A stretch of 64,000 bases of DNA from Eledone cirrhosa (lineage: Eukaryota). Made by a program: the position numbers and the translations under genes. The stretch spans positions 327,980,001 through 328,044,000 of the forward strand of contig OZ024743.1 in assembly GCA_964016885.1 (NCBI GenBank), read 5' to 3'. Under the pieces are notes generated by a model. The model was not told the origin of the DNA. It ran no database searches and worked only from the letters and a program-made list of their open reading frames with translations. Shown here one piece after another: positions 1 to 12,890 of the stretch. Numbering within the stretch: the stretch's first letter is position 1; every line of letters starts with the position of its first letter.

Positions 1-1965
1 CTACAGGAAGACCCTCAGAGAAGCTTGGGTCAGCGACAACACCTGGCAGCTGATTAATGAAAGGAAAGCCCTACACCAGCAGAGGCATGCCACTACCCCA
101 GAGGCCATCAAGGTATATCAGCAGTATGTTGACAAGGACAAGGAGGTGAAACGCAGCGCCCAAAAGGACAAACAAATGTGGCTTGAGGGTAAGGCAGAGG
201 AGGCGGAAGCAGCTGCGGCACGCAATGACATGCGCTCTGTGTACCAAATTGCCAAGAAAATCACCGGCAGCTCTAGAGCTAACTCAGGCCCGGTGAAAGC
301 GAAAGATGGTACGCTGCTTTCCAAGGGTGAAGAAAAGTTAGTCAGATGGGCTGAACATTTCAAGGAAGTCCTCAACCGACCGGAGCCACGTGTGCCAGCA
401 GACACTAAGGAACCTACTAGTTTGTTGCCTATCAATACTGATGACTTCACCGAGAAGGAAGTCCGCATGGCCATCAAAACCCTTAATAATAACAAGTCAC
501 CAGGTATGGATGGCATTTCTGCTAAAATGCTGAAGTCAGGAGGCGAAAGCATGGTCAAGTGGATGGGCCACTTATGTAATCTTGTGTGGAACACGGGTGA
601 AGTCCCAGAAGATTGGAGAAATGGAGCGGTTGTCTGTATCCCCAAGAAGGGCAACCTTGCCGATTGTGACAACTGGAGGGGAGTGACACTTCTCTCCATA
701 CCAGGGAAGGTCTATTGTCTGATGATCTTGAACCGCATACGTGGCATGGTAGACTGGGAACTGCGAGAACAACAGGCAGGGTTCCGACCAAAATGTTCCT
801 GTGCAGAGCAGATCTTTACGTTACGCCGCATCATTGAGAGGTACAACGAATTCCAGAGGCCTCTCGCCATCAGCTTCATCGATTTCTCCAAAGCATTCGA
901 TAGCATTCATCAGCCGTCACTTTGGAGCATCATGCATGAGTATGGTCTGCCCCAGAAAGTCATTTCGGCAATCAAACAGATTTACGCAAACTCCAAGTGC
1001 TGCACACGGACAGAGGATGCTTACAATGACTGGTTTGAGTTGGTTACTGGTGTGCGTCAGGGTTGCTCGCTCTCTCCAATTCTCTTTGCCATAGCCATTG
1101 ACTGGGTACTAAGAAGAGCGTCTAAAGACCAGGGTATATCTTGGGTGGGAGAGCAAAAGTTGTCTGACCTGGACTTTGCGGACGATATTGTTGCACTTGC
1201 AGAGAGCACAGCTGACCTGCAAATCATTATGAACAATATCAATGTCGAAGCAGGAAGCTTAGGTCTCAATATCAGTGCTAAGAAGACCAAAAGCATGTTA
1301 TCTGGGACACACCCACCACCAACCAGTGTCTTTATTAAAAAGGGGGAGGTGGAGATAGTGGACAACTTAACCTACCTAGGAAACTCCATTAACAATGAGG
1401 GCACCGTGGACAGTGAATTGCAATGTAGAATGGGAAAGGCTTCAGCAGCATTTAACCAGCTTGTCAAGATCTGGAAGAGCAGGAAGTTCACCCTCAAAAC
1501 AAAGATGAGATTCTACAACAGCAACGTGCTGTCCACACTCTTGTACGAAAGTGAAACATGGCACCTTAAGACCAGCCAAGAGAAGAAGTTGGACGCATTC
1601 GATTCCAGGTGTCTGCGAAAGATCCTGGGGATTAAATGGAGTGACCATGTAACAAACCAGGAAGTCAGGAACCGCACCAACCAGCAGCTAGTCTCTTCTG
1701 ACATCTGCAAGCGACGCCTGGGCTGGTTTGGGCACGCTTTGAGACTTCCCCCGGAGAGACTGGCGAACCAAGTACTTAAATGGAACCCACAGGGAAGCAG
1801 ATAGAGAGGGCGACCCAAAATGAACTGGCGCCAGATAGTTGAGAGGGACCTGCGAGCGACAAACAGAATGGCGGGATGCTGTGCAACTGGCTGCTGACCG
1901 AACGCAGTGGAACACTATGATTGCCTCATGTGTCGCAAGACGCGGGAGCTTCTGAGTCTGAGTCA
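1..1965 (+). mobile_element. RTE LINE family 1, 3' portion ending in (TGAGTC)n tail
   Basis: RT ORF plus short 3' UTR ending tctgagtctgagtc; same 3' end on the minus strand at 23185. Confidence 0.88.
2..1804 (+). CDS. RTE-clade LINE reverse transcriptase ORF, 5' part outside window, premature stop near C-terminus
   Basis: Frame is open from base 2 (YRKTLREAWVSDNTW...). RT motifs KSPGMDGI, IPKKG, NWRGVTLLS, QAGFR, FIDFSKAFDS, GVRQGCSLSP, DFADD, YLG. TAG at 1802-1804 interrupts the GSR-x-RGRP motif, which reads GSRRRGRP in the copy at 23185-23672. Confidence 0.93.
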   Translation, partial: YRKTLREAWVSDNTWQLINERKALHQQRHATTPEAIKVYQQYVDKDKEVKRSAQKDKQMWLEGKAEEAEAAAARNDMRSVYQIAKKITGSSRANSGPVKAKDGTLLSKGEEKLVRWAEHFKEVLNRPEPRVPADTKEPTSLLPINTDDFTEKEVRMAIKTLNNNKSPGMDGISAKMLKSGGESMVKWMGHLCNLVWNTGEVPEDWRNGAVVCIPKKGNLADCDNWRGVTLLSIPGKVYCLMILNRIRGMVDWELREQQAGFRPKCSCAEQIFTLRRIIERYNEFQRPLAISFIDFSKAFDSIHQPSLWSIMHEYGLPQKVISAIKQIYANSKCCTRTEDAYNDWFELVTGVRQGCSLSPILFAIAIDWVLRRASKDQGISWVGEQKLSDLDFADDIVALAESTADLQIIMNNINVEAGSLGLNISAKKTKSMLSGTHPPPTSVFIKKGEVEIVDNLTYLGNSINNEGTVDSELQCRMGKASAAFNQLVKIWKSRKFTLKTKMRFYNSNVLSTLLYESETWHLKTSQEKKLDAFDSRCLRKILGIKWSDHVTNQEVRNRTNQQLVSSDICKRRLGWFGHALRLPPERLANQVLKWNPQGSR

Positions 1966-2325
1966 ACAACAACCCTGAGCAACTTTTTGATTTCCATGTG
2001 TCTAACACACGTGGTCAGAAAACAGCACAGCTCCCATGACTTTTGGAAACATTTTTTCATGCTCAGAGTTACTGAAGCATGGAACAAACTACCTGCATCA
2101 GTTGTTAGTTGTCGAGACACTGCATCCTTTAAAACCTCCATGCTTCCTGAGATTCGCCATCACTGCACCTGATGTCCCCCCTCCATACACACGCACACAT
2201 GTATTTCATGATTCATACACTGTTCATTTTCCTGACATTTGAACATTATTCTATGTACTATACATGCATCTTTGATGAGTTGTAGTGCACCTGAGCACTG
2301 TACACAATTTCATTATTATTATTAT
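1966..2325 (+). mobile_element. CR1/L2-group LINE 3' fragment
   Basis: Translates HFFMLRVTEAWNKLPASVVSCRDTASFK (CR1-type C-terminal FF..RV...WN.LP..VV motif); ends in (ATT)n. Confidence 0.7.
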
Positions 2326-3969
2326 AACACTTTCATTACCTTATTTCTAATGAAAGACACTGTCTATGCCATTAACTCTTTCATTACCATATTTCTAATG
2401 AAAGACACTGTCTATGTCATTAACCCTTTTATTGCCATATTTCTAATGAAAGACACTATGTCATTAACCCTTTTATTGCCATATTTCTAATGAAAGACAC
2501 TGCCTATGTCATTAACCCTTTCAATACCATATTTCTAATGAAAGACACTGCCTATGTCATTAACCTTTTCAATACCATATTTCTAATGAAAGACACTGCC
2601 TATGTCATTAACCCTTTCAATACCATATTTCTAATGAAAGACACTGCCTATGTCATTAACCCTTTCAATACCATATTTCTAATGAAAGACACTGCCTATG
2701 TCATTAACCCTTTCAATACCATATTTCTAATGAAAGACACTGCCTATGTCATTAACCTTTTCAATACCATATTTCTAATGAAAGACACTGCCTATGTCAT
2801 TAACCCTTTCAATACCATATTTCTAATGAAAGACACTGCCTATGTCATTAACCCTTTCAATACCATATTTCTAATGAAAGACACTGCCTATGTCATTAAC
2901 CTTTTCAATACCATATTTCTAATGAAAGACACTGCCTATGTCATTAACCCTTTCAATACCATATTTCTAATGAAAGACACTGCCTATGTCATTAACCCTT
3001 TCAATACCATATTTCTAATGAAAGACACTGCCTATGTCATTAACCCTTTCAATACCATATTTCTAATGAAAGACACTGCCTATGTCATTAACCCTTTCAA
3101 TACCATATTTCTAATGAAAGACACTGCCTATGTTATTAACCTTTTCAATACCATATTTCTAATGAAAGACACTGCCTATGTCATTAACCTTTTCAATACC
3201 ATATTTCTAATGAAAGACACTGCCTATGTCATTAACCTTTTCAATACCATATTTCTAATGAAAGACACTGTCTATGTCATTAACCCTTTCAATACCATAT
3301 TTCTAATGAAAGACACTGCCTATGTCATTAACCCTTTCAATACCATATTTCTAATGAAAGACACTGCCTATGTCATTAACCCTTTCAATACCATATTTCT
3401 AATGAAAGACACTGCCTATGTCATTAACCCTTTCAATACCATATTTCTAATGAAAGACACTGCCTATGTCATTAACCCTTTCAATACCATATTTCTAATG
3501 AAAGACACTGCCTATGTCATTAACCCTTTCAATACCATATTTCTAATGAAAGACACTGCCTATGTTATTAACCTTTTCAATACCATATTTCTAATGAAAG
3601 ACACTGCCTATGTCATTAACCCTTTCAATACCATATTTCTAATGAAAGACACTGTCTATGTCATTAACCCTTTCAATACCATATTTCTAATGAAAGACAC
3701 TGCCTATGTCATTAACCCTTTCAATACCATATTTCTAATGAAAGACACTGCCTATGTCATTAACCTTTTCAATACCATATTTCTAATGAAAGACACTGCC
3801 TATGTCATTAACCCTTTCAATACCATATTTCTAATGAAAGACACTGCCTATGTCATTAACCCTTTCAATACCATATTTCTAATGAAAGACACTGCCTATG
3901 TCATTAACCCTTTCAATACCATATTTCTAATGAAAGACACTGCCTATGTCATTAACCCTTTCAATACAA
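2326..3969. repeat. 48-bp minisatellite, about 34 copies
   Basis: Unit ttaaccctttcaataccatatttctaatgaaagacactgcctatgtca, nearly invariant. Confidence 0.97.
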
Positions 3970-4610
3970 TCTAAACTATAATAAAGTAAGAAGTGTGGGA
4001 CTGTGTACGATTTTTTTTTTTATCCCCTTAGTAAAATAAGTTGGATTACTTTGAATAAATAATTGTTTCTACTTTAGGCACAAGGCCAGCAATTACCCAG
4101 TGCATTACTGGTACTTTATTTTATCGACCAGGCAAAGTCAACCTCGGCGGGATTTGAACTCAGATCGTAAAGGGACGTAACTATGCTGGAAAGCATGGCG
4201 TCCGACCCTCTACCGATACTGCCAATCCATCGCCCTTTGAATAAATAATGAATGAATATTACATAATGTATCTACTAAATTTCGTGGCTATTCATTAAAT
4301 ATATTTTATATATTTAAAGATTCACTTCTTTAAAATTTTCAAACATCAACACTTCCGGTTAGCGATCGTTTAAATAAATTAATTTTCTCCTAATGCAGTT
4401 TATATATAATATCGTCTTTTTTTAACATATCATGGATTACGTTACTGATTACAGAAGACAGTGTAACACAGTCTTCGTTCAATTTCTGTGTATATTGTCA
4501 ATTACGGTTTTATTTGATCATATCTACATGTATATATACTTGCGTATAATATCAATACACACACTACACGAGCTAGCAGAAAACCACCCTTCGGGTGGTT
4601 TTTCTGCTGG
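3970..4610 (+). mobile_element. Non-autonomous Helitron, family H1 copy 1
   Basis: 5' TC (tctaaactataataaag); 3' hairpin gcagaaaaccaccc-ttc-gggtggtttttctgc then CTGG; inserted at A|T inside a minisatellite unit, no TSD. Homologues at 8693 and 18040. Confidence 0.78.
4064..4234 (-). mobile_element. tRNA-derived SINE family B inside the Helitron
   Basis: A-box tggcagtatcgg and B-box gagttcaaatccc on the minus strand; 15-bp TSD ctttgaataaataat at 4049-4063 and 4235-4249. Confidence 0.85.
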
Positions 4611-4634
4611 TATTTCTAATGAAAGACAGTGGCG

Positions 4635-4793
4635 TTAACCCTTTCATTATCATATTTGTAATAAGAGACTGTCTATGATTTTCAAATAATTTTCAAAAGA
4701 ATCAAGAATTTAAAAGGTATTTAGTAATGAAAACTAACCTTTTCAAATCATAGGCTGTGTTTTTCATTAGAAATATTGTAATGAAAGAGTTAA
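4635..4793. mobile_element. piggyBac-type MITE (TTAA-CCCTTT ends)
   Basis: ttaaccctttcattatcatattt ... aaatattgtaatgaaagagttaa are imperfect TIRs bounded by TTAA. Confidence 0.6.
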
Positions 4794-5456
4794 TATGATT
4801 ATGACATAACGTGTGATGCATGCACACACACATATGTATATACATGTGTCCTCTTTGCACAAGTTTCAAGAAGATTTAGTTATGTTGGTTAACAGAAAGT
4901 AAATATAGAAGATATATTATAAAGGTAAAAAGTGCTTCAAGTGATGTAAGGACAGAAGCAAACATGAAGATATAAAATATATAATAGCAGGTGATGGTGG
5001 GGAAGAATTTAAGAATTAAGCTAACATCTTTCTAGCAGGTGGGTAGCTGCTGTAAGTGGAGGAACACACTGAAGTTGAGATTTAAATTAGAAGCATCTTA
5101 GTGCTCACAAATATACCATTATTATCATTATTATTATTACTATTATTATTATTATTATTAATAATATTTCTATGGCTAATAAATCAATCTAAAATGAATG
5201 AATCATATGAAGAGAATAATAAAATGCAGTAAGTAAAAGCTTTGCCAACTTTCTCTGCCCTGAGCATGTGTGGTGTGATGTGAGTTGTATTGCAAGCAGG
5301 GTTGTTGCTACTATTGAGGCCAACAAGGTAGCCACCTAAGGTGTAAGCCTCAGGGCAGTACATCACTGAACCTTAAAGGATCAGTTTTATACAGGGATGG
5401 CACTACCATTAAAGCCAACTAGACAGCTGCTGAGGGTGCAGACATCAAAGGGATGC

Positions 5457-6037
5457 ATTATTTACCCTGAATGACATGGGTACCGTATTTACCAGGAATG
5501 ACATGGGTTCATTATTTACCCTGAATGACATGGGTACATTATTTACCAGGAATGACATGGGTACAGTATGTACTCTGAATGACATGGGTACATTATGTAC
5601 TCTGAATGACATGGGTACAGTTTTTACCCTGAATGACATGGGTAGTTTTTACCCTGAATGACATGGGTACAGTATGTACCCTGAATGACATGGGTACATT
5701 ATTTACCAGGAATGACATGGGTACATTATTTACCAGAAATGACATAGGTACAGTATGTACTCTGAATGACATGGGTACATTATTTACCAGGAATGACATG
5801 GGTACATTATTTACCCTGAATGACATGGGTACATTATTTACCAGGAATGACATGGGTACGGTATGTACCCTAAATGACATGGGTACAGTTTTTACCCTGA
5901 ATAAACATGGGTACAGTTTTTACCCTGAATGACATGGGTACAGTTTTTACCCTGAATGACATGGGTACAGTTTTTACTCTGAATGACATGGGTACAGTGT
6001 GTACCCTGAATGATATGGGTACATTATTACCCTGAAA
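5457..6037. repeat. 24-bp minisatellite, about 24 copies
   Basis: Unit tttaccctgaatgacatgggtacag and variants. Confidence 0.95.
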
Positions 6038-7647
6038 TGAAAAGTGGTAAGGCGGCTGGACAGTCAGGGATAGTTGCTGAGATACTGAAGACATCAGGAG
6101 AAGTAGGAACTAAATTGGTTGCATGCATCATCAATCAAGTTATATATGGTGGAGTCATACCCAAAGACTGGTGCAGCAGTATTCTTAGAAATTGCTACAA
6201 AGGTAACGGGGATGTTCTGGAGGGGAGCAATTATAGGGGCATAAAACTGATGGATCAGGTTATGAAAGTGGCAGAAGAATATTAGCGCAACTAATTAGAG
6301 AAAGGGTCAAATTAGATGAGATGCAGTTTGGTTTTGTGCTTGGGAAAAGTACAACTGATGTCCTCTTCTTAGTGAGACAACTACAAGAGAAGTTCTTAGA
6401 GAAGAATAAGCCACTATACTTAGCTTTTGTTGACTTAGAGAAGGCCTTTGATAGGGTACCCCGATCTGTCATCTGGTGGTCCCTAAGGAAACTAAGTGTT
6501 GACGAATGGCTTGTGAGGGCAGTGCAAGCTATGTACAGAGGTGCTGTCAGTAAAATGAGAGTAGGAATGGAGTTTAGTGAGGAAATCCAGATAAAGGGTT
6601 CGGTCCTCGGCCCGCTTTTGTTCATTATAGTTCTCCAAGCCATAACAGAGGAGTTTAAGACTGGCTGCCCATGGGAGCTTCTCTATGCTGACAATCTGGT
6701 ACAAGCAGAATCAGTAGAAGAGCTAGAGAATAAATTCTGGCTATGGAAACAGCAGTTGGAATCAAGAGGACTGAGAGTGAACCTAGGTAAGACCAAAGTG
6801 TTGATGAGTAGAAAAGAGGACAAAACTCTGATTCCATCAGGGAAATAGCTATGTTCGACATGTAGAAAAGGAGTTGGCATAAATTCTATAAAATGTACAC
6901 AATGCAGTGGGATAGCAGGCAAACTAACAGGTAGGGAAAACTTCATATGCAGTAGATGTTCAGGGAAATTTGACAGTAGAAGTCACAGTAATAGACACAT
7001 TTTCAAATGCAGGTAGAATCTATAGAGGTGGTTGACAGCTTCCGATACCTAGATGATCAGATTAACAAGGGAGGAGTGTGCTCCAAGGCCATAGTATCTA
7101 GAATAAGGACGGGCTGGAAGAAGTTTAGGGAGCTGCTTCCTCTGTTGACAAATAAGGGTTCCTCCCTACGAACGAAAAGTCAGTTATATGATACCTGGGT
7201 GAGATGCGTGATGCTGCATGGTAGTGAGACATGGGCAGTAACTGCAGAGGATATGTGATGGCTGGAGAGAAATGAAGCAAGCATGCTCCGTTGGATGTGC
7301 AATGTCAATGTGCGTGAATGACCAAGCATAGATGAGTTGAGAGAGAAACTGTGTATAAGAGGGATAAGCTGTAGTGTGCGGGAGAGAAGACTGTGTTGGT
7401 ATGGACATGTGATGCACATGGAGGATGACCGCTAGGTAAAGAAGTGCCAAGAAATCCCAGTGGAAGGTAGACACAGTAGAGGAAGACCACGAAAATCATG
7501 GGCAGAGGTGGTGAGAGCTGACCTCAGATCGCTGAAGTGATCAAAGGAGATGATGAAGGACTGTGATGAATGGAGAGATGCTGTGCTGAATAGGACCCGT
7601 CCCACCCTCGCAAGCAGGGAAAAGAGGACGTATGATGATGATGATGA
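6038..7647 (+). mobile_element. 5'-truncated decayed RTE LINE (PHD-bearing family)
   Basis: Fragments GKAAGQSGIVAE, NYRGIKL, MQFGF, FVDLEKAFDRVPR, LLYADN, LHGSETW; stops and frameshifts; (GAT)n tail. Confidence 0.9.
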
Positions 7648-8370
7648 CAATGAAAAGAGACATCAAAAAGCGACCAATAGCTGGTAAGTGAAATTTGGTA
7701 AAATTCCATGTCCTTGCAAGAATTCCACCATTTTGAATAGAAAACCTGTTAGACCAATTAAATAATTAAGGTGGAGGTAGAATTTGATAGAGAAACTCTG
7801 TGTTAAATTATGTTAGTAAGTGCAAGAATATATCTAAGCAAGAGACAGTCCTCTCCCACCCCCGCAATTCATTTGAGTGGTCAGTAGCTCTGATTAAATA
7901 TTGACTTGTTCTATAACGACCAGTCCAACACCTCTTAGTTGGGAAAACAGATGTTAAATGATGGTGAATTTAACCTAAGTTTCCACAATCAACTTCAATG
8001 TTTTCAAGGACCAACTTGAAGCAGCCATTAAAATCAGAATGCGTAAATTGGAGATCATAATTATTTAACATAGGTCAACAGCTTCAAATGTTAACAGTAG
8101 GTCATTTTTCCTCCAGTCTAACAGAAGACACTGTTTAAAAAGAAAATTGTGCCATTTATTTATGACCTGTAGTTTTGTGGTTTAGTGGAATACGTCCCAT
8201 ATTAAAAAAATATATGTAAGGGTTGGTATCAGGAAGGGTATCCATAAAACACTGCCTCTAAATATCTCATCCAACTCATGCCAACATGGAACAGCAGACA
8301 ATTTTCAAAGTTTTCTTTCTAACAGAAACACAAATCTACCACCTTTTATCTTATTAACAATCTTTATCTT

Positions 8371-8600
8371 AAGGCACATGGCTTAGTGGTTAAAGAGTTG
8401 AATTCGCAATCATGAGGCTGCAAATTTGATTCCTGGACCAGGCGATGTGTTATGTCCTTGAGCAAGGCACTTTAATTCACATTGTTCTTTCTGCCAGGAG
8501 TTGTGACCAGTAGATAGTATCAGCAATGGAAAGACCAACAAAAACTTTGTTTTCCTTGATCCAATTTGATGAGTTTCACCTCAATTACTAAGTGTATGAG
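8371..8600 (+). mobile_element. Diverged tRNA-derived SINE, family C
   Basis: Head ggcacatggcttagtggtta ... gtccttgagcaaggcactt; tail ggagttgtgaccagtagatagtatcagcaatggaaagaccaac matches 33130-33352 on the minus strand. Confidence 0.7.
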
Positions 8601-8784
8601 GTCTGAGATCTTGTCAATCAATTCCTATATCTTATTAATCTCTCTCTAATTAACAATCTCTTTCTAATTAACAATCTTTATCTAATTAACAATCTAAACT
8701 ATAATAAAGGAAAGTCTGCAGGACTGCGTACGTTTTTGTTTTTTATCCCGTTAGTAAAATAAGTTGGATTACTTTGAATAAATA

Positions 8785-8961
8785 ATTGTTTCTACTTTAG
8801 GCACAAGGCCAGCAATTACCCAGTACATTACTGGTACTTTATTTTATTGACCCCATAAGGATGAAAGGCAAAGTTAACCTCGGCGGGATTTGAACTCAGA
8901 CTGTAAAGGGGCGTAACTATGCTAGAAAGCATGGCGTCCAACCCTCTACTGATACTGCCAA
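8785..8961 (-). mobile_element. SINE family B
   Basis: Same sequence and same position in the Helitron as 4064-4234. Confidence 0.82.
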
Positions 8962-9342
8962 ATAATTAATGAATATTACATAATTTATCTACTAAATTTC
9001 GTAAACAAAAATAATTTTGTAAAAATAAATAATTTAAAATTGACTTCTTTTCAAAATTGCACTTCCGGCATATCGGTGCCACCACCATCACTTCAACTAC
9101 CATATATATATAGAAAGAGAGAGTGTGTGATGTCAACACTTCCGGTGGCGATCGCTTAAATAAACATACTAATTTTCTGTCACTAATTTTCTCCTAATGC
9201 AGTTTATATATATAATATCGTTTTTTTTTAATGTATCATGGATTACGTTACTGATTACATAAGACAGTGTAACACAGTCTTCATTCAATTTCTGTTTATA
9301 TTGTTAATTACGATTTTATTTGATGTATCATATCTACATGTA

Positions 9343-9735
9343 CGAGGGCAATCCCAAAAGTAAGGTCTCCTTCCGATATTGCAATTTTTCCGTTAAAATC
9401 CTGTGGATGGTGCTTCGGGAAACCTCAGGAACTAAAATGCAGAGAGCATCCAGAGTGATCCGCCGATCTTTACGCATGTTTTCCTCGGAAGGAGACCTTA
9501 CTTTTGGGATTGCCCTCGTAATAATAACTGCACGAAATTCGCACTTGGCGGTAGCGTTCAACGGGAGCTCCATTCTCAACGGCTGCCAAGCCAAGATTGA
9601 GCATCCCAGCGAAGCGCGCGCATGCTTGTTTGGGAGTGAAGGAACCACCAATCACAACAGTGTTGCCAACAGCCGTACGAACAGTTTCTCTGTGTCCCCA
9701 TCACTTTGGAAACCTTACTTTTGGGATTACCCTTG
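9343..9735 (-). mobile_element. Tc1/mariner deletion derivative with three TIRs
   Basis: TIR cgagggcaatcccaaaagtaagg at 9343, inverted copies ending 9518 and 9735, TA flanks. Minus-strand remnants MELPLNATAKCEFRAVI and DRRITLDAL...SRSTIHRILTEKLQYRK resemble the mariner transposase N-terminal HTH region. Confidence 0.85.
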
Positions 9736-9914
9736 TATATATACTTGCGTATAATATCAATATACACACTACACATGCCAACAGAAAACCACCCAAAGGG
9801 TGGTTTTTCTGCTAGTCTTTATTTAATTAACAATCTCTCTTATTTAATTAATAATCTTTATCTTATTAACAATCTTTTTTCTATTTTTACAGAGAATTTA
9901 TAAATTAATTAGAG

Positions 9915-10160
9915 CCAGTGATGAATGTTGTGAAGAGAAATTGAATGAGATGGCTGGGTCATGTGTTGAGGAAGAAGTTTGAAAGAGACTGTGAGAGGAA
10001 TAGTGCCACTGATGAATGTTGTGAAAAGAAATGGAATGAGATGGCTGGGGTATGTTTTGAGGAAGGATGAAAGTGACTGAGTGAGAGGAGTAGAGACAAT
10101 GATGAATATGGTGAAGAGAAATGGAATGAGATGGCTGAGTCATGTGTTGAGGAGGAAAGA
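9915..10160. repeat. About 90-bp tandem repeat, ~3 copies
   Basis: gatgaatgttgtgaagagaaatggaatgagatggctgg recurs three times. Confidence 0.75.
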
Positions 10161-10399
10161 CAAAAGTAGCTGGGTGAGATGATCTTTGTGCTGTACATCT
10201 TCAACAGAGTGAAGTTAGAATGGTTTAGCTACTGAAAACATGAAGCAAAAGTAAATTACACAACATGGGAACATCATCATCATTTTAGGTCCACCTTCCA
10301 TATTGGCATGGACTGAACAATGCAGAGAAACCTTATCTTGCTCATATGATCTACATTTGGCACAGTTTCTGTAGCTGGATACACTTTCTATTGCCAACC

Positions 10400-10722
10400 A
10401 TCTGAGTATACTGGGTGCATTTTGTCATAGCACCAGCACTATCACTTTACAGAGTATACTGGGTACATTTTATCATAGCACCAGCAGTACCACTTTACAG
10501 AGTATACTGGGTAGATTTTATCATAGCACCAGCACTACCACTTTACAGGGTATACTGGGTATATTTTATCATGGCACCAGCACTACCACTTTTCAGGGTG
10601 TATTGGGTGCATTTTATCATGGCACCAATGCTACCACTTCACAGGGGTTACTGGAAACATTTTATGATGGCACCACCACTTTACAGAGTGTACTGGGAGC
10701 ATTTTATGATGGCACCAGCACT
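10400..10722. repeat. 48-bp minisatellite derived from the SINE/RTE 3' module
   Basis: Unit ccactttacagagtatactgggtacattttatcatagcaccagcacta is the reverse complement of the aaaaagcacccagc...ctgtaaagtgg module. Confidence 0.75.
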
Positions 10723-11036
10723 CGAGAGATTGTCATATGGCCAACCACATTGAAGAGTCCTTTATGAAAGGAGTGTTTCAAGGGGAATTTAGCTAGTAGA
10801 TCAAATGATAATGTAGAGGTTCTTCTGTTGACAATGGTTCAGATGGTATTGGGAGCAAATAGAAATATATAATCTCACAGAACTGATTCAAGAACTACAA
10901 CACAAACACTGAGCACATGTGTGCACAAACACTGCACATCTGTGCATGTAAGCACAAACATTGTGCATGTATGCAACAGCATTTTGCATTTGTATTCATA
11001 TGTGCACAAACAACACACATGTGCATATAGGCACAC

Positions 11037-11469
11037 ATCATCATCACCATTTTACGTCCGTTCTTCCATGCTAGCATGGGTTAGACGGGTTGTCCTGTTG
11101 TGGGCAGTGCCCGGTCGGCTGACCTATCTTGCTCATACAGGAACTGATTCTGGCTTGATCTCTACAGCTGGATGCACTTCCTATCACCAACCTCATTTAC
11201 AGTGAGTGCTGGGTGCTTTTTTTTCCATGGCGCCTACACGTCCACTTTACAGTGTGGGCTGGGTGCTTTTTTGCCGTGACACCTCCACGACCACTCTGCA
11301 GTGGAATGATAGGGACCCCAGTCCCTATCATCTCATTACAGCTGAGTAAACTGGAACAATATGAAATAAAGTGTCTTGTTCAAGGAAACAACACATCACC
11401 CGGTCTGAGAATTGAACTCACAACCTTTCGATTGTAAGCCCAATGCTCTAACCACTAAGCCATGTGCCT
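11037..11469 (-). mobile_element. tRNA-derived SINE family A
   Basis: Head ggcacatggcttagtggttagagcatt ... gagttcaattctc; body tccttgaacaagacactt; RTE-like tail with (GAT)n. Confidence 0.9.
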
Positions 11470-11734
11470 TATGCACAAACACTGCATATGTCTGCATGAA
11501 CACAATGTAGATGAATATATACACACTGTGCATATATAGACGTACACTTTAGCAGTTGAAGTTTTACTATATATTCCCAATATATAGAAAAGGCTGATAA
11601 GAAAAACAATGTGAAAATTAAGATACTAAAAACATGGTAATATATGTCATAGATAGACTTACGTAAATATATGTCACTGTTTAATGTGACTCTAACCAAT
11701 AACATACAGCAGGTAAATGTATTTAGTAACTGAT

Positions 11735-11898
11735 TTATTCAGATTAGTATCTTCATGTTGTTTGTTAGTCATCACTATAACCAAGATGAAGACACAGTAA
11801 CAATGATATTATCTCTGAAGATGGCCAGTGAATACAACAGCTGAAATGTTGTGACTATAACAACCAAGATGAGGACTCTAGTCTGAATATTTCAGTTT
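11735..11898 (+). other. Decayed foldback element with degenerate hammerhead-like core
   Basis: Imperfect IR attcagattagtatcttcat / atgaggactctagtctgaat around ctgaaga-tggc...gct-gaaatgttgtga. Confidence 0.3.
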
Positions 11899-12584
11899 AC
11901 AATCTCTATAATTTGATTGGATTTTTCTATTTCTACACAAATACTAGGATCTCATAAAAATATCCTAAAATTTTCATTCAGAATTTATGGAACATAAAGG
12001 TAACCAAAAAAAAAAAAGGGGGGGGGGGGGGGGGGAATGTTTTAAAATGCATTCTCTGTTAACTGTATTGTCTATCTGTCTGTGAGGATGTTATGAGCAA
12101 GATATGGTTACCTGACCTGTCTAGCTTTATAACATAACAACCCATCTTATCCATGCAAGCATGGAAAATAGACATTAAACAATGATTGATAATTATATAC
12201 TCGAAAAATATAGCTTTAAAATTTGGTGAAGAAACCAAATAGTTATTCTGTCCATAAAACAATAGGTTAAATAAATTGATAAATTCTTCACAACAGAAAT
12301 TCAGAGGTAAATGTTTTTAGCATAAGAGAAATACTATGGACTGAATCCAAGTTTAACAGCCATAATTAGTTATTTTCCAATATAAGCTCCATTGTCTGGA
12401 AGAGAGGGAGAGAGAGAATAACCAGTGTTCATAATATGAAAGGAAGTGAGAAAATATATTTCAAGGAAGAGTTGTGGAGGTTTGATAAGGATGATTTGGT
12501 AACAACCAATATATTCTTTTTCACCTGAAATTCCTGTAGAACTGCTGTAGTAGAGAACCAACAACTTGTCTAAATTATGAATAA

Positions 12585-12890
12585 CACAACAGCAACAATG
12601 TAAGCCATAGCAGCAACAGCAACATCTACAACATAATCAACATCATCACTACCAACAGCAACATCACCAGCACCAGTAAAACATTACCACCAATAACAGG
12701 AAAAATATCCCACCACCAATAGCAACAACTCATTACCACCATTAATAACAACATTACCACCAGCATCAATAGCAACAACACCACCACCAATAGCAGCAGC
12801 AACACATTACCACCATTCATAACAATAACATTACCACCAATAACAGCAACAATATCCCGCCACCATCACCCCCAATAGCAACAATAGTAA
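12585..12890. repeat. (CAA/CAC/CAG) low-complexity tract
   Basis: Degenerate trinucleotide repeats. Confidence 0.85.

Larger units (their letters stand above)
8693..9815 (+). mobile_element. Non-autonomous Helitron H1 copy 2, carrying SINE B and a mariner derivative
   Basis: TC start; 3' hairpin cagaaaaccaccc-aaa-gggtggtttttctg plus CTAG; sits at A|T within a short tandem repeat tctttatctaattaacaa. Confidence 0.8.

Noticed and set aside
118-1818. Antisense ORFs over the LINE RT regions
   Set aside because: Shadow frames of the retroelement coding sequence.
2490-3974. 494-aa repetitive ORF
   Set aside because: By-product of a stop-free 48-bp minisatellite frame.
5457-6037. CRISPR array or repeat protein
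   Set aside because: Contiguous 24-bp minisatellite without spacers.
12370-12564. Possible host exon (EKEYIGCYQ)
   Set aside because: Short chance-level motif with no convincing splice or domain context.
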